From: Gemmatimonadota bacterium | GTDB lineage: Bacteria; Gemmatimonadota; Gemmatimonadetes; Gemmatimonadales; GWC2-71-9 | NCBI GenBank assembly: GCA_039586365.1 | Contig: JBDHKN010000005.1 | Coordinates: forward strand, 1 to 64,000 | Direction: 5' to 3' | Length of the DNA: 64,000 nt | Part shown: in pieces, positions 31,392 to 41,955 of the stretch | Layout: the number at the start of each line of letters is the position of its first letter | Numbering within the stretch: the first letter of the stretch is position 1 | Position numbers and translations under genes: made by a program | Notes under the pieces: model-generated | What the model was told of the DNA's origin: nothing | The model's input: only the letters and a program-made list of their open reading frames with translations | Databases searched by the model: none

Positions 31392-33590
31392 CTACATCCT
31401 GAGCGCGTACTGCAGCTTGACCAGCAACTGGTTCGACTCGAGTTGCCACTGGTTCAACCACTCAGATACGTTGTGGTTGTACACCACGAACAGGTCGCCC
31501 AACGGATGGAACGTCCACCGGACTCTCGAGTTGGCCCCCACCGATTCAGTCTCGTTGTCGTACTGCACGAAGCCCGAGAGCTGCAGATCAGGTGAGAAGT
31601 TGATCAGCATGCGGGCACTCACCAGGTCCTTGGTGAAGTCGCCTGCCGGTATGCTTCCCACATTGCGCTCGCCGGCCAACTCGAGCGAGGCCGTTGCGGA
31701 CGGTTTGAGCGCCAACCGCGCGGTCACCTGGTGCAGGTGCCCGCCGAAGAAGCCTCCGAACCACCAGCTGACCCTCCCACTCACCTTGCGCTTAGCGGCG
31801 ATGTCGGCTTCTAGCCGGTAGCGCACCCAATGATACTCGCCTGGGGCTATCACTACGCTGTCTGCGATTTCAAACGGTTCGACGAGCCGTTCGCCCTCTG
31901 GCACCACGTTGAACTCGAACCGCTCACCGCTTTCGAACAGCCAATTGACCGGCGCGGTGAAGACCCGATAGCTCTCCCATCGGTTGTCCAGATCGAGCAC
32001 GAGGACAGGTCGCAGCTCATAGTACATCCAGCGCATCCACGACAACTTCGGGCGCGAACGGAGGTTGGCGCCGCCGCTCAACTTCTTGATCCCGGGGCGC
32101 GGAACAAATCCAAGTGACGGATCAAACGCATCACCGACCTGCATGTAGGTGAGTGCAATGTCCCAGGTGTCGTTCGGATAGTCGATCTTCGCGCCAAAGG
32201 CCTTCTTGTCTCCCTCCAAGCCTTCGCGATCGGTTACCAACGCCCAGCCACCAACCAGGAAGTTCTTGTTGCCTGCAAAGCGTGACGTTTGATACACGGC
32301 GTCGACACCGGTCATCCAGCTATTCGAGCGGCCTTCGGGATCACCGAAAGTGGCAATCGCTCCTATTGACGACTCCTCCAGAATGTTCTGCTCCACCCGT
32401 ACCACGCCCATAGTAGCCGCCGGGACCAGACCGTCCACGTCACCGGTACGCACGGTGAGGCCACCAAAGTTGGTGTTCCCTACCCGGCCGTTCACCTTCC
32501 CTCCCATACGGAGCGGCACCGTCTCTCCGTCGAACAATCCGATGCGGCGACTGTGAAACGGCATCAGATCGACCTGGTGGAAGCTCTGCAGACCAAGGCC
32601 AAAGTCGAAGATATCGGCGCCTTCGAGGAAGAACGTGCGCTTCTCCGGGAAGAACAACGAGAAACGCGTGAGGTTGGTACGCCTGGTGTCTACCTCCGTC
32701 TCGGCAAAATCGGTGTTGACGGTGAGTGAGGCCAACATGTTGGCACCGATCCGCTGTGTGACGTCGAGGCTCGGTTCCACTGAGCCTTCCGTGTCGACAT
32801 CGAAGTCGGGCTTCTCGAACCCGGAGACTACAGCCGGACGAACGGTCAACCCCAGACCGAAATTGAAGTCGGGCAGACCTGTCAAGCGACCTGCGCGGAT
32901 CGATTGCGAGATCTTGGCGTCGCGCGTGGGACTGGCCCACCTGCTGGTCTCTTGAAGCCGCTGGAGACGCCGCTCGACATTGAACCCCCACTCATCCAGG
33001 GCGGCGTTGAAGCCCAGACTCTGGATCGGAATCCGGACCTCGGCCGACCAACCCTCCGGACCACGGTGAGTTGCCGCTTCCCACACTGCATCCCAATCGC
33101 CGTTTTCCCCCTCTCCCTGGTTAGCAACCAGCGCGTCGTAACGGGCACCGCTCGGATTCAGCGCGAAGATGTAACCGGAACGACCATCCAAGAATGTGTC
33201 CAGGATGAACTTGACGTGGTCCTCGCTCCTGAGCTCAGAGTCTCGAGCCTTGGAGTAGCTGACGATCCCGCCCGGATCCGGATCGTGACACACCACGCCG
33301 AGCACGATGACACGAGAGTCGGCCAACAACCGAACCACCGTATTGCCGGCAAGTACACCACCCTCGACTGGCTCGGTCATAGTGAGTTTGCTGATCTGGT
33401 CCGCTCCCTGCCACTCTGGTTCGTCCAATACTCCGTCGAGGATCAGACCATCGCCGAGCGCTCCGATCCGGAGCGTAGGACGGCCATTATCCTGAGCAGA
33501 TAGACCCAGCGAACATGTGGTTAGTGCGACCAGCAGCGGTAGGACAGCGTTCGAAACGCAATGAGCAGATCTATGTCGTGCAAGACTCAT
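31392..33590 (-). CDS. CBM9-like plus DUF5916 domain protein (probable outer-membrane protein)
   Basis: LDGVLDEPEW, LDTFLDGRSGY.F..NPSG, WSAEVRIP, NTDFAETEVD, FFPEKRTFFLEG. Confidence 0.85.
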   Translation of the reverse strand: MSLARHRSAHCVSNAVLPLLVALTTCSLGLSAQDNGRPTLRIGALGDGLILDGVLDEPEWQGADQISKLTMTEPVEGGVLAGNTVVRLLADSRVIVLGVVCHDPDPGGIVSYSKARDSELRSEDHVKFILDTFLDGRSGYIFALNPSGARYDALVANQGEGENGDWDAVWEAATHRGPEGWSAEVRIPIQSLGFNAALDEWGFNVERRLQRLQETSRWASPTRDAKISQSIRAGRLTGLPDFNFGLGLTVRPAVVSGFEKPDFDVDTEGSVEPSLDVTQRIGANMLASLTVNTDFAETEVDTRRTNLTRFSLFFPEKRTFFLEGADIFDFGLGLQSFHQVDLMPFHSRRIGLFDGETVPLRMGGKVNGRVGNTNFGGLTVRTGDVDGLVPAATMGVVRVEQNILEESSIGAIATFGDPEGRSNSWMTGVDAVYQTSRFAGNKNFLVGGWALVTDREGLEGDKKAFGAKIDYPNDTWDIALTYMQVGDAFDPSLGFVPRPGIKKLSGGANLRSRPKLSWMRWMYYELRPVLVLDLDNRWESYRVFTAPVNWLFESGERFEFNVVPEGERLVEPFEIADSVVIAPGEYHWVRYRLEADIAAKRKVSGRVSWWFGGFFGGHLHQVTARLALKPSATASLELAGERNVGSIPAGDFTKDLVSARMLINFSPDLQLSGFVQYDNETESVGANSRVRWTFHPLGDLFVVYNHNVSEWLNQWQLESNQLLVKLQYALRM

Positions 33591-33753
33591 CTGGCTTCTC
33601 AGATATGCAGTGTAAGTGTCGGCTATTGACTACCGGCTGCGCAGGATGGACTCCGGGCCGACCAGAGGAACACAAGCGACACCGTGCGCATAAGTATACA
33701 CTGAGCCCGCCCTGGTGGCTGCGAATCACATGCGCCCGACGCTTTGCTGACGC

Positions 33754-33908
33754 GCGCGGCTCCAGACGGGCTGGTCCACGGCATTAATTGTGGCATTGAT
33801 GTCAAACGCCCCGGGGTGTCTCCTGCATCCCCGGGGCGCCTACTGCTCCCCGCTCTCGGCTCCCTGCTCCCTGTACTCTGCTCCCCGCTCCCCGCTCTCG
33901 GCTCCCCG
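33754..33908. repeat. Dispersed element copy 2: conserved core, CCCCGGGG hairpin and heptamer array
   Basis: GCGCGGCTCC.GACGG.CT...GTCCACGG...ATTGTGGCATT.ATG.CA.ACGCCCCGGGG...CCCCGGGGC shared with copy 1. Confidence 0.8.
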
Positions 33909-35039
33909 TTACGGTGTAAACTCTCCGTGAATCCCCAACCGAAAGCCGCGCAACCAATACTCCACGCCCTGCAGTTTCGTTTGGCCGGTGACCGCATCAG
34001 CCTGGAGGACGACTGCGAACTTGCGGTTGGTCTGGAAGCGCAAGTCCGCACCGCCCCGCAGGGACAGACCTGCCTGCTTTGTGGGACCCGTCGGATTGTC
34101 AACTGGCGCTTGCTCCGAAGTGCGGAACTCGGCCCGCGGTGCTAGCGTCCCACGCCGCCCCATACGAAACTCCCACCGGGCTCCGGCGGCGAACAGGTTA
34201 CCCTTGGGAAGGGACTGGGCTCCGAGGACAGTGCTGCTGAGTTGCGGGTTGGTCCGATAGACGTCGAAGCCGTACACAACGAGCGAGGATGGCCCAACAG
34301 CTTGGTTGAGTGATAGATAGCCAACGATTCGATCGCCCACACCGTTTTGGACAACGCCGCCCAGCTGGTCTGCTCCCCGAACTGCGTAGATCCCCGCGAC
34401 TCGCAAATAGGTGCGCTGGCCGAGCGGGCCTTCGAGACCCGCCCTGAAGCGGCCCTCGTTGCCTGGTCTCAGTGAGGGGTCGCCGAACACGGCATGGTAC
34501 CTGAAGGCTGCTCTATACGTTGCACCAAAGCCCAAAGCGAAGACCCCCACAGGTACGGCACCAACGAAACCGCCGCCCACACTACCCCCATTTCCCAGCT
34601 CATTGGTGGTGAGCCCGATGATGTCACTCGAAATCGCCCCCACGACGGATAGCTCGTCCTGCCTAACCGTCTTTATACCGGTCGGGATGACTCCGTGGGC
34701 TATGACAGATAGCCGACTGGGGATCACCTCGACAGTGAGCCGCAGTTCGGTGTCAATCACGCCTGACATCGTCTGGTCACGTACTACTGTGGGATTCTGA
34801 GATTTCAGCTCGACGTCGGTCCACCCAGTCGAGATTGTGAGGTTGGTGCGGCGACCGAAGCTCGCATCAATGCCTACGGGGACGGTGAATTCGCTCAGGA
34901 AGTCGAAAACGAAACCGTCCTCGAATTTGTAGTGCTCGGCGAAGAATGCCGCGTGCGTGGCAACAGCAACCTGCCCCTCGAGTGGAGCGACGGCACACAG
35001 CAACGCCAGTACCGAAACTGTCTTGGCGGCGTGTCTCAT
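33909..35039 (-). CDS. Hypothetical secreted beta-strand-rich (outer-membrane barrel-like) protein
   Basis: Signal peptide; alternating amphipathic strands; 4-nt overlap with the upstream gene. Confidence 0.65.
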   Translation of the reverse strand: MRHAAKTVSVLALLCAVAPLEGQVAVATHAAFFAEHYKFEDGFVFDFLSEFTVPVGIDASFGRRTNLTISTGWTDVELKSQNPTVVRDQTMSGVIDTELRLTVEVIPSRLSVIAHGVIPTGIKTVRQDELSVVGAISSDIIGLTTNELGNGGSVGGGFVGAVPVGVFALGFGATYRAAFRYHAVFGDPSLRPGNEGRFRAGLEGPLGQRTYLRVAGIYAVRGADQLGGVVQNGVGDRIVGYLSLNQAVGPSSLVVYGFDVYRTNPQLSSTVLGAQSLPKGNLFAAGARWEFRMGRRGTLAPRAEFRTSEQAPVDNPTGPTKQAGLSLRGGADLRFQTNRKFAVVLQADAVTGQTKLQGVEYWLRGFRLGIHGEFTP

Positions 35040-36412
35040 GGTAGCCTGAAGATGATGCGGACAGTGCCCACCGTGATGGGTGATTGACCTTGGTTTGCGA
35101 CGGTTGTGCCCGGATTAGAGGCCGTTGTCTGAGCCCCCCTGGCCGTTGTCTGCGTCTGATCGACGACCCGCACCAACTCCGCCTGTGTCGCGGCGACGTC
35201 CAATTCCGCGGCACCGATGGCTTGGTTGGCCGCATCCTCAAATGTGGCCACGAACACGGCATCGGGAGCTGGGACGCTTTCGGCGGCATTCACTGTCACA
35301 CTAGTCGGGGCAGCTGCCTCAACGACGGGGGCCATTGTGTTCGCTTCAAACCGGTCGCGAGCCATCTGGAAATCCGGATCTTCGCGAACTGCGTCGGCAT
35401 AGTATTGGGCGGCCGCCGAGTAGTTTCCCCTGTCTTCCTCCAGTAGGCCGTGCGAATAGGCCAGAAACGCAAGCATGCTCTGAGTTCCGTTCTCCAGAAT
35501 GAGGCGCCGCTCCGCAGCGGAGAGCAGGTAGCCCATCTGACCTGCGAGTGCCACCACCAGTTCCTTCTCCAGCCGCATCAGATCCTGCTTGCGACCGGCG
35601 AAGTACTGGGTCCCCGCAATTTCCCCGGTCGACTGCACCACAGACGCTTCGAGCCGCATTTGGCCTTCCGGAGGGATCGCTGCTAGGCCTTGAACCAGGC
35701 GTCCAGCCTGAAGCAGCCGCCCTATTCTCGACGCTGTAGTAGGGTCCACCTGTTGAGTCTGAGACAGCGCCAGCTCATCCATCAGCACACCCACCTGCAG
35801 TCGCTCCACCATCCTGAATCGCTGCAACAGCGCCAGGTCGGAAGTGAGCATCTGCGCAAGGCCGCGAGACAGAGGTTGGTACATCGAGTCGGCGGCAATC
35901 TCGAGTGGTAACACGGCAACGACCTCGGGATCGGCAGGTACCTGCGCCAGCTCGGCCTCTCGAGCAAGTGCGGCTTGCGCGGCTTGCGTTGTCTTGGCCC
36001 GCACCGCAAGAAGCTCACGGGCACCCACAGCCGCAGCACCGGCTGCACCACCGTAATCCCCGATATAGGAGCGGTACAGCTCAATTGCCTCCTCGTAGTT
36101 GCCAGCTCGTTCGGAACACTGGCCGACAACGAGCGGCCCGAGTGCATTCCTCGGTTGCAGCCGCATTCCGGCACGCGCCACCACTACTGCGGTATCACAC
36201 TGCTCGGCCACGAAGAGAGCTGCTGCGTAACGCAGCAGCGTTGTGCCGTTGTCAGGATCTTGCGCCAACCGCTGCTCTAGCACAGGAATCTCGTTGGGCG
36301 ATACTTCCGTAAACTGCCCGCTCCCACACCCGATCGATGCGACTGTGGCCACTGTGAAGAGAACCGATGCTGAACGGAATTGCACACTGAGGCGGGCAGA
36401 TGCATCACCCAT
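35036..36412 (-). CDS. TPR plus CsgG/HfaB-like domain lipoprotein
   Basis: SIGC lipobox; TPR helices; VAVLPL...GLAQMLTSDL...MVERLQV...LMDEL...RIGRLLQA..LVQG; start uncertain. Confidence 0.75.
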   Translation of the reverse strand: MGDASARLSVQFRSASVLFTVATVASIGCGSGQFTEVSPNEIPVLEQRLAQDPDNGTTLLRYAAALFVAEQCDTAVVVARAGMRLQPRNALGPLVVGQCSERAGNYEEAIELYRSYIGDYGGAAGAAAVGARELLAVRAKTTQAAQAALAREAELAQVPADPEVVAVLPLEIAADSMYQPLSRGLAQMLTSDLALLQRFRMVERLQVGVLMDELALSQTQQVDPTTASRIGRLLQAGRLVQGLAAIPPEGQMRLEASVVQSTGEIAGTQYFAGRKQDLMRLEKELVVALAGQMGYLLSAAERRLILENGTQSMLAFLAYSHGLLEEDRGNYSAAAQYYADAVREDPDFQMARDRFEANTMAPVVEAAAPTSVTVNAAESVPAPDAVFVATFEDAANQAIGAAELDVAATQAELVRVVDQTQTTARGAQTTASNPGTTVANQGQSPITVGTVRIIFRLP

Positions 36413-36596
36413 TTCACAGCTCCGACACGCTGAAGTGCACTTAGAGAACGGGACCAAACAGCCTGATCCCGCAGGAGACTGAACTTGCTCTTGGTGTACT
36501 ATAACGTCAAGATGTCGGAGCAAGCCTCATGCCGTGGGCCGTTCGAGGGAACACAGAGGAAAGATCGGTGAGATTCAGAACAGCTGGGCGAAACGC

Positions 36597-36785
36597 TTAT
36601 CCAGCCTGCAGCATCTCTCGCATTCGGCGCGCCAACGACTCTATCTCTCTGAGCGACGTCGCAGTTTCATCATCGTACTGATCTGCACCGAGCAGCAGCA
36701 GCTGTGTCTCAGCCAGGATGGCTGAGAGAGGATTGGAGAGATCGTGCCGCAGTTTACGGATTCTCTCGTCCTGTTCCAGCGTCAT
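36597..36785 (-). CDS. Stand-alone histidine-kinase dimerization/phosphoacceptor (HisKA-like) peptide, 62 aa
   Basis: LRHDLSNPLSAILAETQLL H-box and a second helix; ATGA overlap with the upstream gene. Confidence 0.75.
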   Translation of the reverse strand: MTLEQDERIRKLRHDLSNPLSAILAETQLLLLGADQYDDETATSLREIESLARRMREMLQAG

Positions 36786-37069
36786 TCAGCGATTGAGCGA
36801 TAGAGATCGCGGAAGTGGTGGTCCCGGAGATCACGCACGGACTGCCACAGGTCGTTTTCGTTCGTCGCACAGAAGATCTCAGCCGTGGCCGGCGCAGCAC
36901 CGATCTCCTCGGAACCGAATATCAATTTCGCACGCCAGGTGCCGTCTTCAGCCCGCCTGACCTGAAGTCTGAGTGGGATTTCCTCCCCGCCGTAGAGCAT
37001 CGGGGGAATCTCGTGCACAACAGGTTCGGACCGGTCTGAGGCCCCGTACCGCAGCGGATTAGCCTGCAT
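36782..37069 (-). CDS. Hypothetical protein, 95 aa
   Basis: AGGA RBS; AT-rich promoter-like region upstream; coupled to the HisKA peptide gene. Confidence 0.65.
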   Translation of the reverse strand: MQANPLRYGASDRSEPVVHEIPPMLYGGEEIPLRLQVRRAEDGTWRAKLIFGSEEIGAAPATAEIFCATNENDLWQSVRDLRDHHFRDLYRSIAE

Positions 37070-37203
37070 TTATTATCCTGTTGGTTTGCGCAAATATAAA
37101 AGTATCCTTGACTTACGCAATAGTGAGCAGGCGCTCGCGTAGGGACGGATCCGTGGCAACAACAGCACATGTAGGATCCATATGGAGCGGTGTTGAGGCA
37201 ACG

Positions 37204-38319
37204 CTACAAGGCAAACGGCACCGGCATGAAGGTCACCACAAACAGCAACACGGTCGCCCAACCGAGCGGGAATCGGCTCCTGGGAAGCGCTCGATGCCTG
37301 TCCAGCACCGTGGGATGGCCGATGTGGCCGCTACCCAACAGCAGCGTGAAGCCAGCCCAAAGCCACCAGAAAGGAAAGTCGAATCCCAGGACGATCAGCG
37401 AGAACCAGACCAGGATTCCTATGAACTTCTGTCGTTCCCGCACCAACGCGTACAGTACGTGGCCGCCATCCAACTGTCCCAAGGGAAGTAGGTTCAACAT
37501 TGTCACCAGCACGCCAAACCACCCCGCCTGAGCCAGCGGATGAAGCACAACTGTCCCTTCACCCACGAGCCACAGGCGGGCCCACTGGGTGATGAGAGAG
37601 TCGCCCAGGTAAATGCGATACTGGCCAAACACCACGACCAACTGTGTGGGGCCCACTTCATTGATTACGTCCGACCGCTGCAGACCTATGAGGAGCACAA
37701 AGAGCGCGACCACGAATCCCAGCCACGGCCCCGCTGCCCCGACATCCATCAACTGCCGCCGATCAACGACCGGACTCCGCAAGCGGATGAATGCACCAAA
37801 GGTCCCGATGACATTGATGAACGGAGGAGCGGGAAGGAAGAATGGTGGTGACGCGTTGATCGAGTATCGCTTGGCAACCACGTAATGCCCCATCTCGTGC
37901 GCCAATAATATGCCCATCAGCGCGACGGCGAAATCCAGCCCGACATCGACTCTCAGCTGCAGGACCCAGTGGATGAACTGGCTGCCGAAGTTGGGAACCT
38001 CTCGCAGCGAGACGGGTCCGGCTACATCTGCTCCCGAGAGCAGGGCCCCCCCCATCCACACCGTAAGGAACGAGACGGAGAACAACAGGCCGTGGAGCCA
38101 CCAGCGCTCCTTCGCGGTAGGCCCGATGCTCCTGATCAGTACCATTCTCCCAGCGCCATCGCCGTGCGCCCAATAGTGGGTTCCCGGCCACTCTTTGAGA
38201 GCGGCCGCAAACTCGGGGGACGGACCGCGGTGTTCGGGCTGCACGACCGCATCGATGATCTCGCGGTCACGGGCGGTGACAGTGCGCCAGACAGTGAAGA
38301 ATCTGACTAGCGGAACCAT
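37204..38319 (-). CDS. Site-2 protease (M50) family intramembrane metalloprotease
   Basis: HEMGH, AAGP, NLLPLGQLDGGH. Confidence 0.92.
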   Translation of the reverse strand: MVPLVRFFTVWRTVTARDREIIDAVVQPEHRGPSPEFAAALKEWPGTHYWAHGDGAGRMVLIRSIGPTAKERWWLHGLLFSVSFLTVWMGGALLSGADVAGPVSLREVPNFGSQFIHWVLQLRVDVGLDFAVALMGILLAHEMGHYVVAKRYSINASPPFFLPAPPFINVIGTFGAFIRLRSPVVDRRQLMDVGAAGPWLGFVVALFVLLIGLQRSDVINEVGPTQLVVVFGQYRIYLGDSLITQWARLWLVGEGTVVLHPLAQAGWFGVLVTMLNLLPLGQLDGGHVLYALVRERQKFIGILVWFSLIVLGFDFPFWWLWAGFTLLLGSGHIGHPTVLDRHRALPRSRFPLGWATVLLFVVTFMPVPFAL

Positions 38320-38327
38320 GCGGCCTC

Positions 38328-38356
38328 TTGACGCCCCCGGAAAACCTGGATATCAT
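38328..38356 (+). promoter_or_regulatory. Sigma70-type promoter upstream of rho
   Basis: TTGACG-17 nt-TATCAT. Confidence 0.65.
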
Positions 38357-38486
38357 AACGTGCTTTCACATCTAGATACCCCCGAACTGCAATCCGACTC
38401 TCATTGTGCACGCGGCTGCGCCGCGCACCACTAGTGACTGCGCTTGACAGCAGTAGGTAACCCTCCTAAACACGGAGTCCCTTCAA

Positions 38487-39737
38487 GTGGACATCGCAGA
38501 ACTGAAAAAGAAATCGATCCCGGAGCTGCACGCGATGGCCGAGGAGTTGAACATCACCAACTACTCTGGCCTCCGCAAGCAGGACTTGATCTTTAGAATC
38601 GAACAATCGCTGTTGGACTCCGACACGGTATTGCGTGGTGAAGGTGTTCTGGAAATCCTTCCCGAGGGGTACGGATTTCTCCGCAGCCAGGATTGGAACT
38701 ATTTGTACGGCCCCGACGACATATACGTCAGTCCCAGTCAGATCAAGCGGTTCGACCTGCGTACTGGAGACACGATTCTCGGGCAGGTCAGACCTCCTAA
38801 AGATGGGGAGCGATACCTCGCTCTCCTCAAAGTCGAGACGGTAAATTTCGAGGAGCCAGAGAAAGCCAAGCACCGCATTGGCTTCGACAATCTGCGACCG
38901 AGGTATCCCGAGCGGCGCATTCCGCTAGAGCGCGTGGACGGGGATCTGTCCATGCGGGTCGTGGACATTTTGGCCCCCATAGGCTGCGGGCAGCGCGGTT
39001 TGATCGTGTCACCACCCAAGGCCGGAAAGACAATCCTCCTCCAGAAGCTGGCCAACTCGATCACCGAGAACAAACCTGACGCGACACTGATCGTCCTCTT
39101 GATCGACGAACGACCGGAAGAGGTCACTGACATGGAAGAGCACGTGGACGCCGAAGTGATCTCGTCCACGTTCGATGAGCCGGCAGATCGCCACGTGCAA
39201 GTGGCTGACATGGTGCTCGAGAAGGCAAAACGACTGGTCGAGCACGGGCGCGATGTAATCATCCTGCTCGACTCAATCACCCGCCTGGCCCGCGCTCACA
39301 ACGTGGTTATCCCGCACTCCGGCAAGATCCTCTCTGGCGGCGTGGACGCCAACGCCCTACAGAAACCAAAGCGGTTCTTCGGCGCAGCCCGGAACATTGA
39401 TGGTGGGGGATCACTGACCATCATCGCCACCGCTCTCATCGAGACCGGCAGTCGCATGGACGAAGTGATTTTCGAGGAGTTCAAAGGAACCGGCAACATG
39501 GAACTCGTCTTGAATCGGAGCATTGCCGATAGACGTGTATACCCCGCCATCGACGTGCAGCGGAGTTCCACTCGGAAAGAAGAGCTCTTGCTCGATCCAG
39601 ATGAGCTGAACAAGACGTATCTGCTGCGCAACTTCCTGGCGGACATGCCCACTGTCGAGGCAATCGAGTTCTTGCTCGAGCGGATGAAGCGGGCCAAGAC
39701 CAACCAGGATTTCTTCGCCACAATGCAGCAAGGGTGA
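38487..39737 (+). CDS. rho: Transcription termination factor Rho
   Basis: [53 protein letters not shown]. Confidence 0.98.
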   Translation: MDIAELKKKSIPELHAMAEELNITNYSGLRKQDLIFRIEQSLLDSDTVLRGEGVLEILPEGYGFLRSQDWNYLYGPDDIYVSPSQIKRFDLRTGDTILGQVRPPKDGERYLALLKVETVNFEEPEKAKHRIGFDNLRPRYPERRIPLERVDGDLSMRVVDILAPIGCGQRGLIVSPPKAGKTILLQKLANSITENKPDATLIVLLIDERPEEVTDMEEHVDAEVISSTFDEPADRHVQVADMVLEKAKRLVEHGRDVIILLDSITRLARAHNVVIPHSGKILSGGVDANALQKPKRFFGAARNIDGGGSLTIIATALIETGSRMDEVIFEEFKGTGNMELVLNRSIADRRVYPAIDVQRSSTRKEELLLDPDELNKTYLLRNFLADMPTVEAIEFLLERMKRAKTNQDFFATMQQG

Positions 39738-40225
39738 CGGGGCAGCGGAACGGCAGCACTGCGGGACGGCAACACGGATCGCCGCACAACCCCGGGGAGT
39801 TGCCGCTGCGGGGCCGCGTACTGGCAATCGACGTTGGCGATAAACGCATCGGTCTTGCACTCTCCGATCCCACACAAACGCTGGCTCAACCTCTCGCTAC
39901 ACTCACCCGCCGCGTCGGAAAACGTTTCCCGATGGGCAAGCTCAAGCAATTCATCGACACTCATCGCCCGGTCGCGCTGCTGCTCGGTCTGCCGCTTGCT
40001 CCCGACGGCTCGGAGGACGAACGAGCAGTCGCGGTGCGAGAGGTAGGCGCTCTCCTGATGGCGAAAGCCGAGCTGCCAGTTGCGTATTGGGACGAGCGTA
40101 TGAGTACCGCGCGTGTACACTCAGCGGTGAGAGAGTGGGGTGGTACACTTGGCAGGAAGGGCGACGTTGACCAACTGGCCGCTACTGTATTTCTCCAGAC
40201 TTACCTCGACAGCCGCCGATGCTGA
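39734..40225 (+). CDS. ruvX: Holliday junction resolvase-like / pre-16S rRNA nuclease RuvX (YqgF)
   Basis: [31 protein letters not shown]; start may be about 39800. Confidence 0.92.
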   Translation: MTGQRNGSTAGRQHGSPHNPGELPLRGRVLAIDVGDKRIGLALSDPTQTLAQPLATLTRRVGKRFPMGKLKQFIDTHRPVALLLGLPLAPDGSEDERAVAVREVGALLMAKAELPVAYWDERMSTARVHSAVREWGGTLGRKGDVDQLAATVFLQTYLDSRRC

Positions 40226-41202
40226 AACGTCTCGCTCTGCTGCTGGCAGTCGCATCGATGAGTTTGATAGGTTGCAGTCGAGGCAACCAGGCCGATACCA
40301 CGGTGCGTGTGACGATACCTCGAGGCGCCACGCTGACGGCAGTTGCGGAGACTCTGTCCGCACGTGGCGTCATTCAGTCACCGAGCCTGTTCAGATTGTA
40401 CGCCAGGGTGACCGGCCGGGAACGGGCGATCCAGGCTGGCACGTACGAGTTCCAAACCGGCCTTTCACCGCGCCAAGCTCTCGCTGTGCTTGTATCGGGA
40501 AGAGAAACACTAGAAGCCTTGTCGATCCCTGAGGGACTCATGCTCTTCGAGGTGGCGGAACGGGTGAATCGGCAGATCGGCCTGCCCGCTGAGAGCTTGC
40601 TCGCTGCTGCTCGCGATAGTGCTCTAACGGCGACCTTGGGTGTAGAGGCCGAGACCCTGGAAGGATACTTGTATCCGAGCACGTACTATGTGCGGGTGGG
40701 AGCCACAGCTTCGGAGGTCGTGGAACAGATGGTGCGCGAGTTTGAAGCCCGCTGGCAACCGGAATGGAATGCCAGACTTGCTGAACTGCAGCTATCGCGC
40801 CACGAAGTCGTCACTCTCGCATCCATCATCGAAGGTGAGGTCCAATTCCCACCAGATGGCAGGTACGTGTCTTCCGTCTATCACAACCGGCTTGCGCGGG
40901 GCATGCGGCTGCAAGCCGACCCCACGGTCATATATGCTCTGGGGCGACGGCGGCGGCTGTATGAACGAGACTATCAGACTCCATCACCTTACAACACTTA
41001 CTTGATTGATGGTCTGCCCCCGGGCCCGATCGGCCAACCCTCTGAGAGCAGCATCGAGGCGGCACTGTACCCGGTTCGCACCAACTTCCTGTATTTCGTT
41101 GCGCGGACGGACGGGAAGCACGTCTTTTCCCGAACTTACCGTGAACATTTGACCGCAGTGGCAGAGGTGCGCCAGATGGAGAGGGAGCTAGGCGCGAGGT
41201 AG
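40219..41202 (+). CDS. mltG: Endolytic transglycosylase MltG
   Basis: LEGYLYP.TY, LASIIEGE, NRL..GM.LQADPT, SPYNTY...GLPPGPI, LYFV. Confidence 0.93.
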   Translation: MLKRLALLLAVASMSLIGCSRGNQADTTVRVTIPRGATLTAVAETLSARGVIQSPSLFRLYARVTGRERAIQAGTYEFQTGLSPRQALAVLVSGRETLEALSIPEGLMLFEVAERVNRQIGLPAESLLAAARDSALTATLGVEAETLEGYLYPSTYYVRVGATASEVVEQMVREFEARWQPEWNARLAELQLSRHEVVTLASIIEGEVQFPPDGRYVSSVYHNRLARGMRLQADPTVIYALGRRRRLYERDYQTPSPYNTYLIDGLPPGPIGQPSESSIEAALYPVRTNFLYFVARTDGKHVFSRTYREHLTAVAEVRQMERELGAR

Positions 41203-41207
41203 TGGGC

Positions 41208-41840
41208 TCAGCCGGGGGACTCCGATTCGACAATGTCGCGGAGTTCGCGGGCTGCCTTCTCGGCGTCCGGAACTCCGAATATGGCGCTAATGACGGCAAT
41301 ACCTTGAGCACCTGCTCGTAGGACGTCGCCGGCGTTCGACTGGCGTATTCCCCCGATCGCGATAACCGGCATACCGCGTGGCGCCTTCCGGGCTAGTGCT
41401 CTAAAGCCTGCGATCCCGATCGGATTACCGGCATCTGACTTGGTGTCGGTCCTGTAGATGGAACCAATACTCCAATAATCGACATCTGCCCGGAGTGCGT
41501 CACCGGCTTCTTCAAGCGTCCCGACTGATACACCTATTCGCATCGGCCTGGGAGCGAACTTCCGCACCAGAACCGGCGAGATGTCTGCCGCGCCGAGATG
41601 CACGCCGGCCGCCCGTGCTGCTAGGGCCACGTCGGCCCGATCGTTCACATACACGGGAATCGACAGAGAGGCGATAAGCTGTTGCGTAATCCGAAGGACT
41701 TCGTTGGCAGGAGTGCCTTTCAGCCTCACTTGTACGGCGGTTGCCCCTCCTGCCTGCGCCGCACTACAACTATCCACTATGGAGTCGGCCGTGAGAAACG
41801 GCGGTCCCGCGATGGCCAGTAGTCGGACGTCGAGTGTCAT
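41208..41840 (-). CDS. thiE: Thiamine-phosphate synthase
   Basis: VQVRLK, VNDRADVALA..AAGVHLG, T.TK, AIGGI, AVISAI. Confidence 0.88.
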   Translation of the reverse strand: MTLDVRLLAIAGPPFLTADSIVDSCSAAQAGGATAVQVRLKGTPANEVLRITQQLIASLSIPVYVNDRADVALAARAAGVHLGAADISPVLVRKFAPRPMRIGVSVGTLEEAGDALRADVDYWSIGSIYRTDTKSDAGNPIGIAGFRALARKAPRGMPVIAIGGIRQSNAGDVLRAGAQGIAVISAIFGVPDAEKAARELRDIVESESPG

Positions 41841-41955
41841 TAGGGCTGGGACAAACGGGCACAAGGCTGCGCCATTGCAGATACTTAGAGTACCAGGTGG
41901 GTCCAGTCAATGGCTGGGTGTTGACAGCAAAATCCGGCACCGCAAGGTTGGAGCC

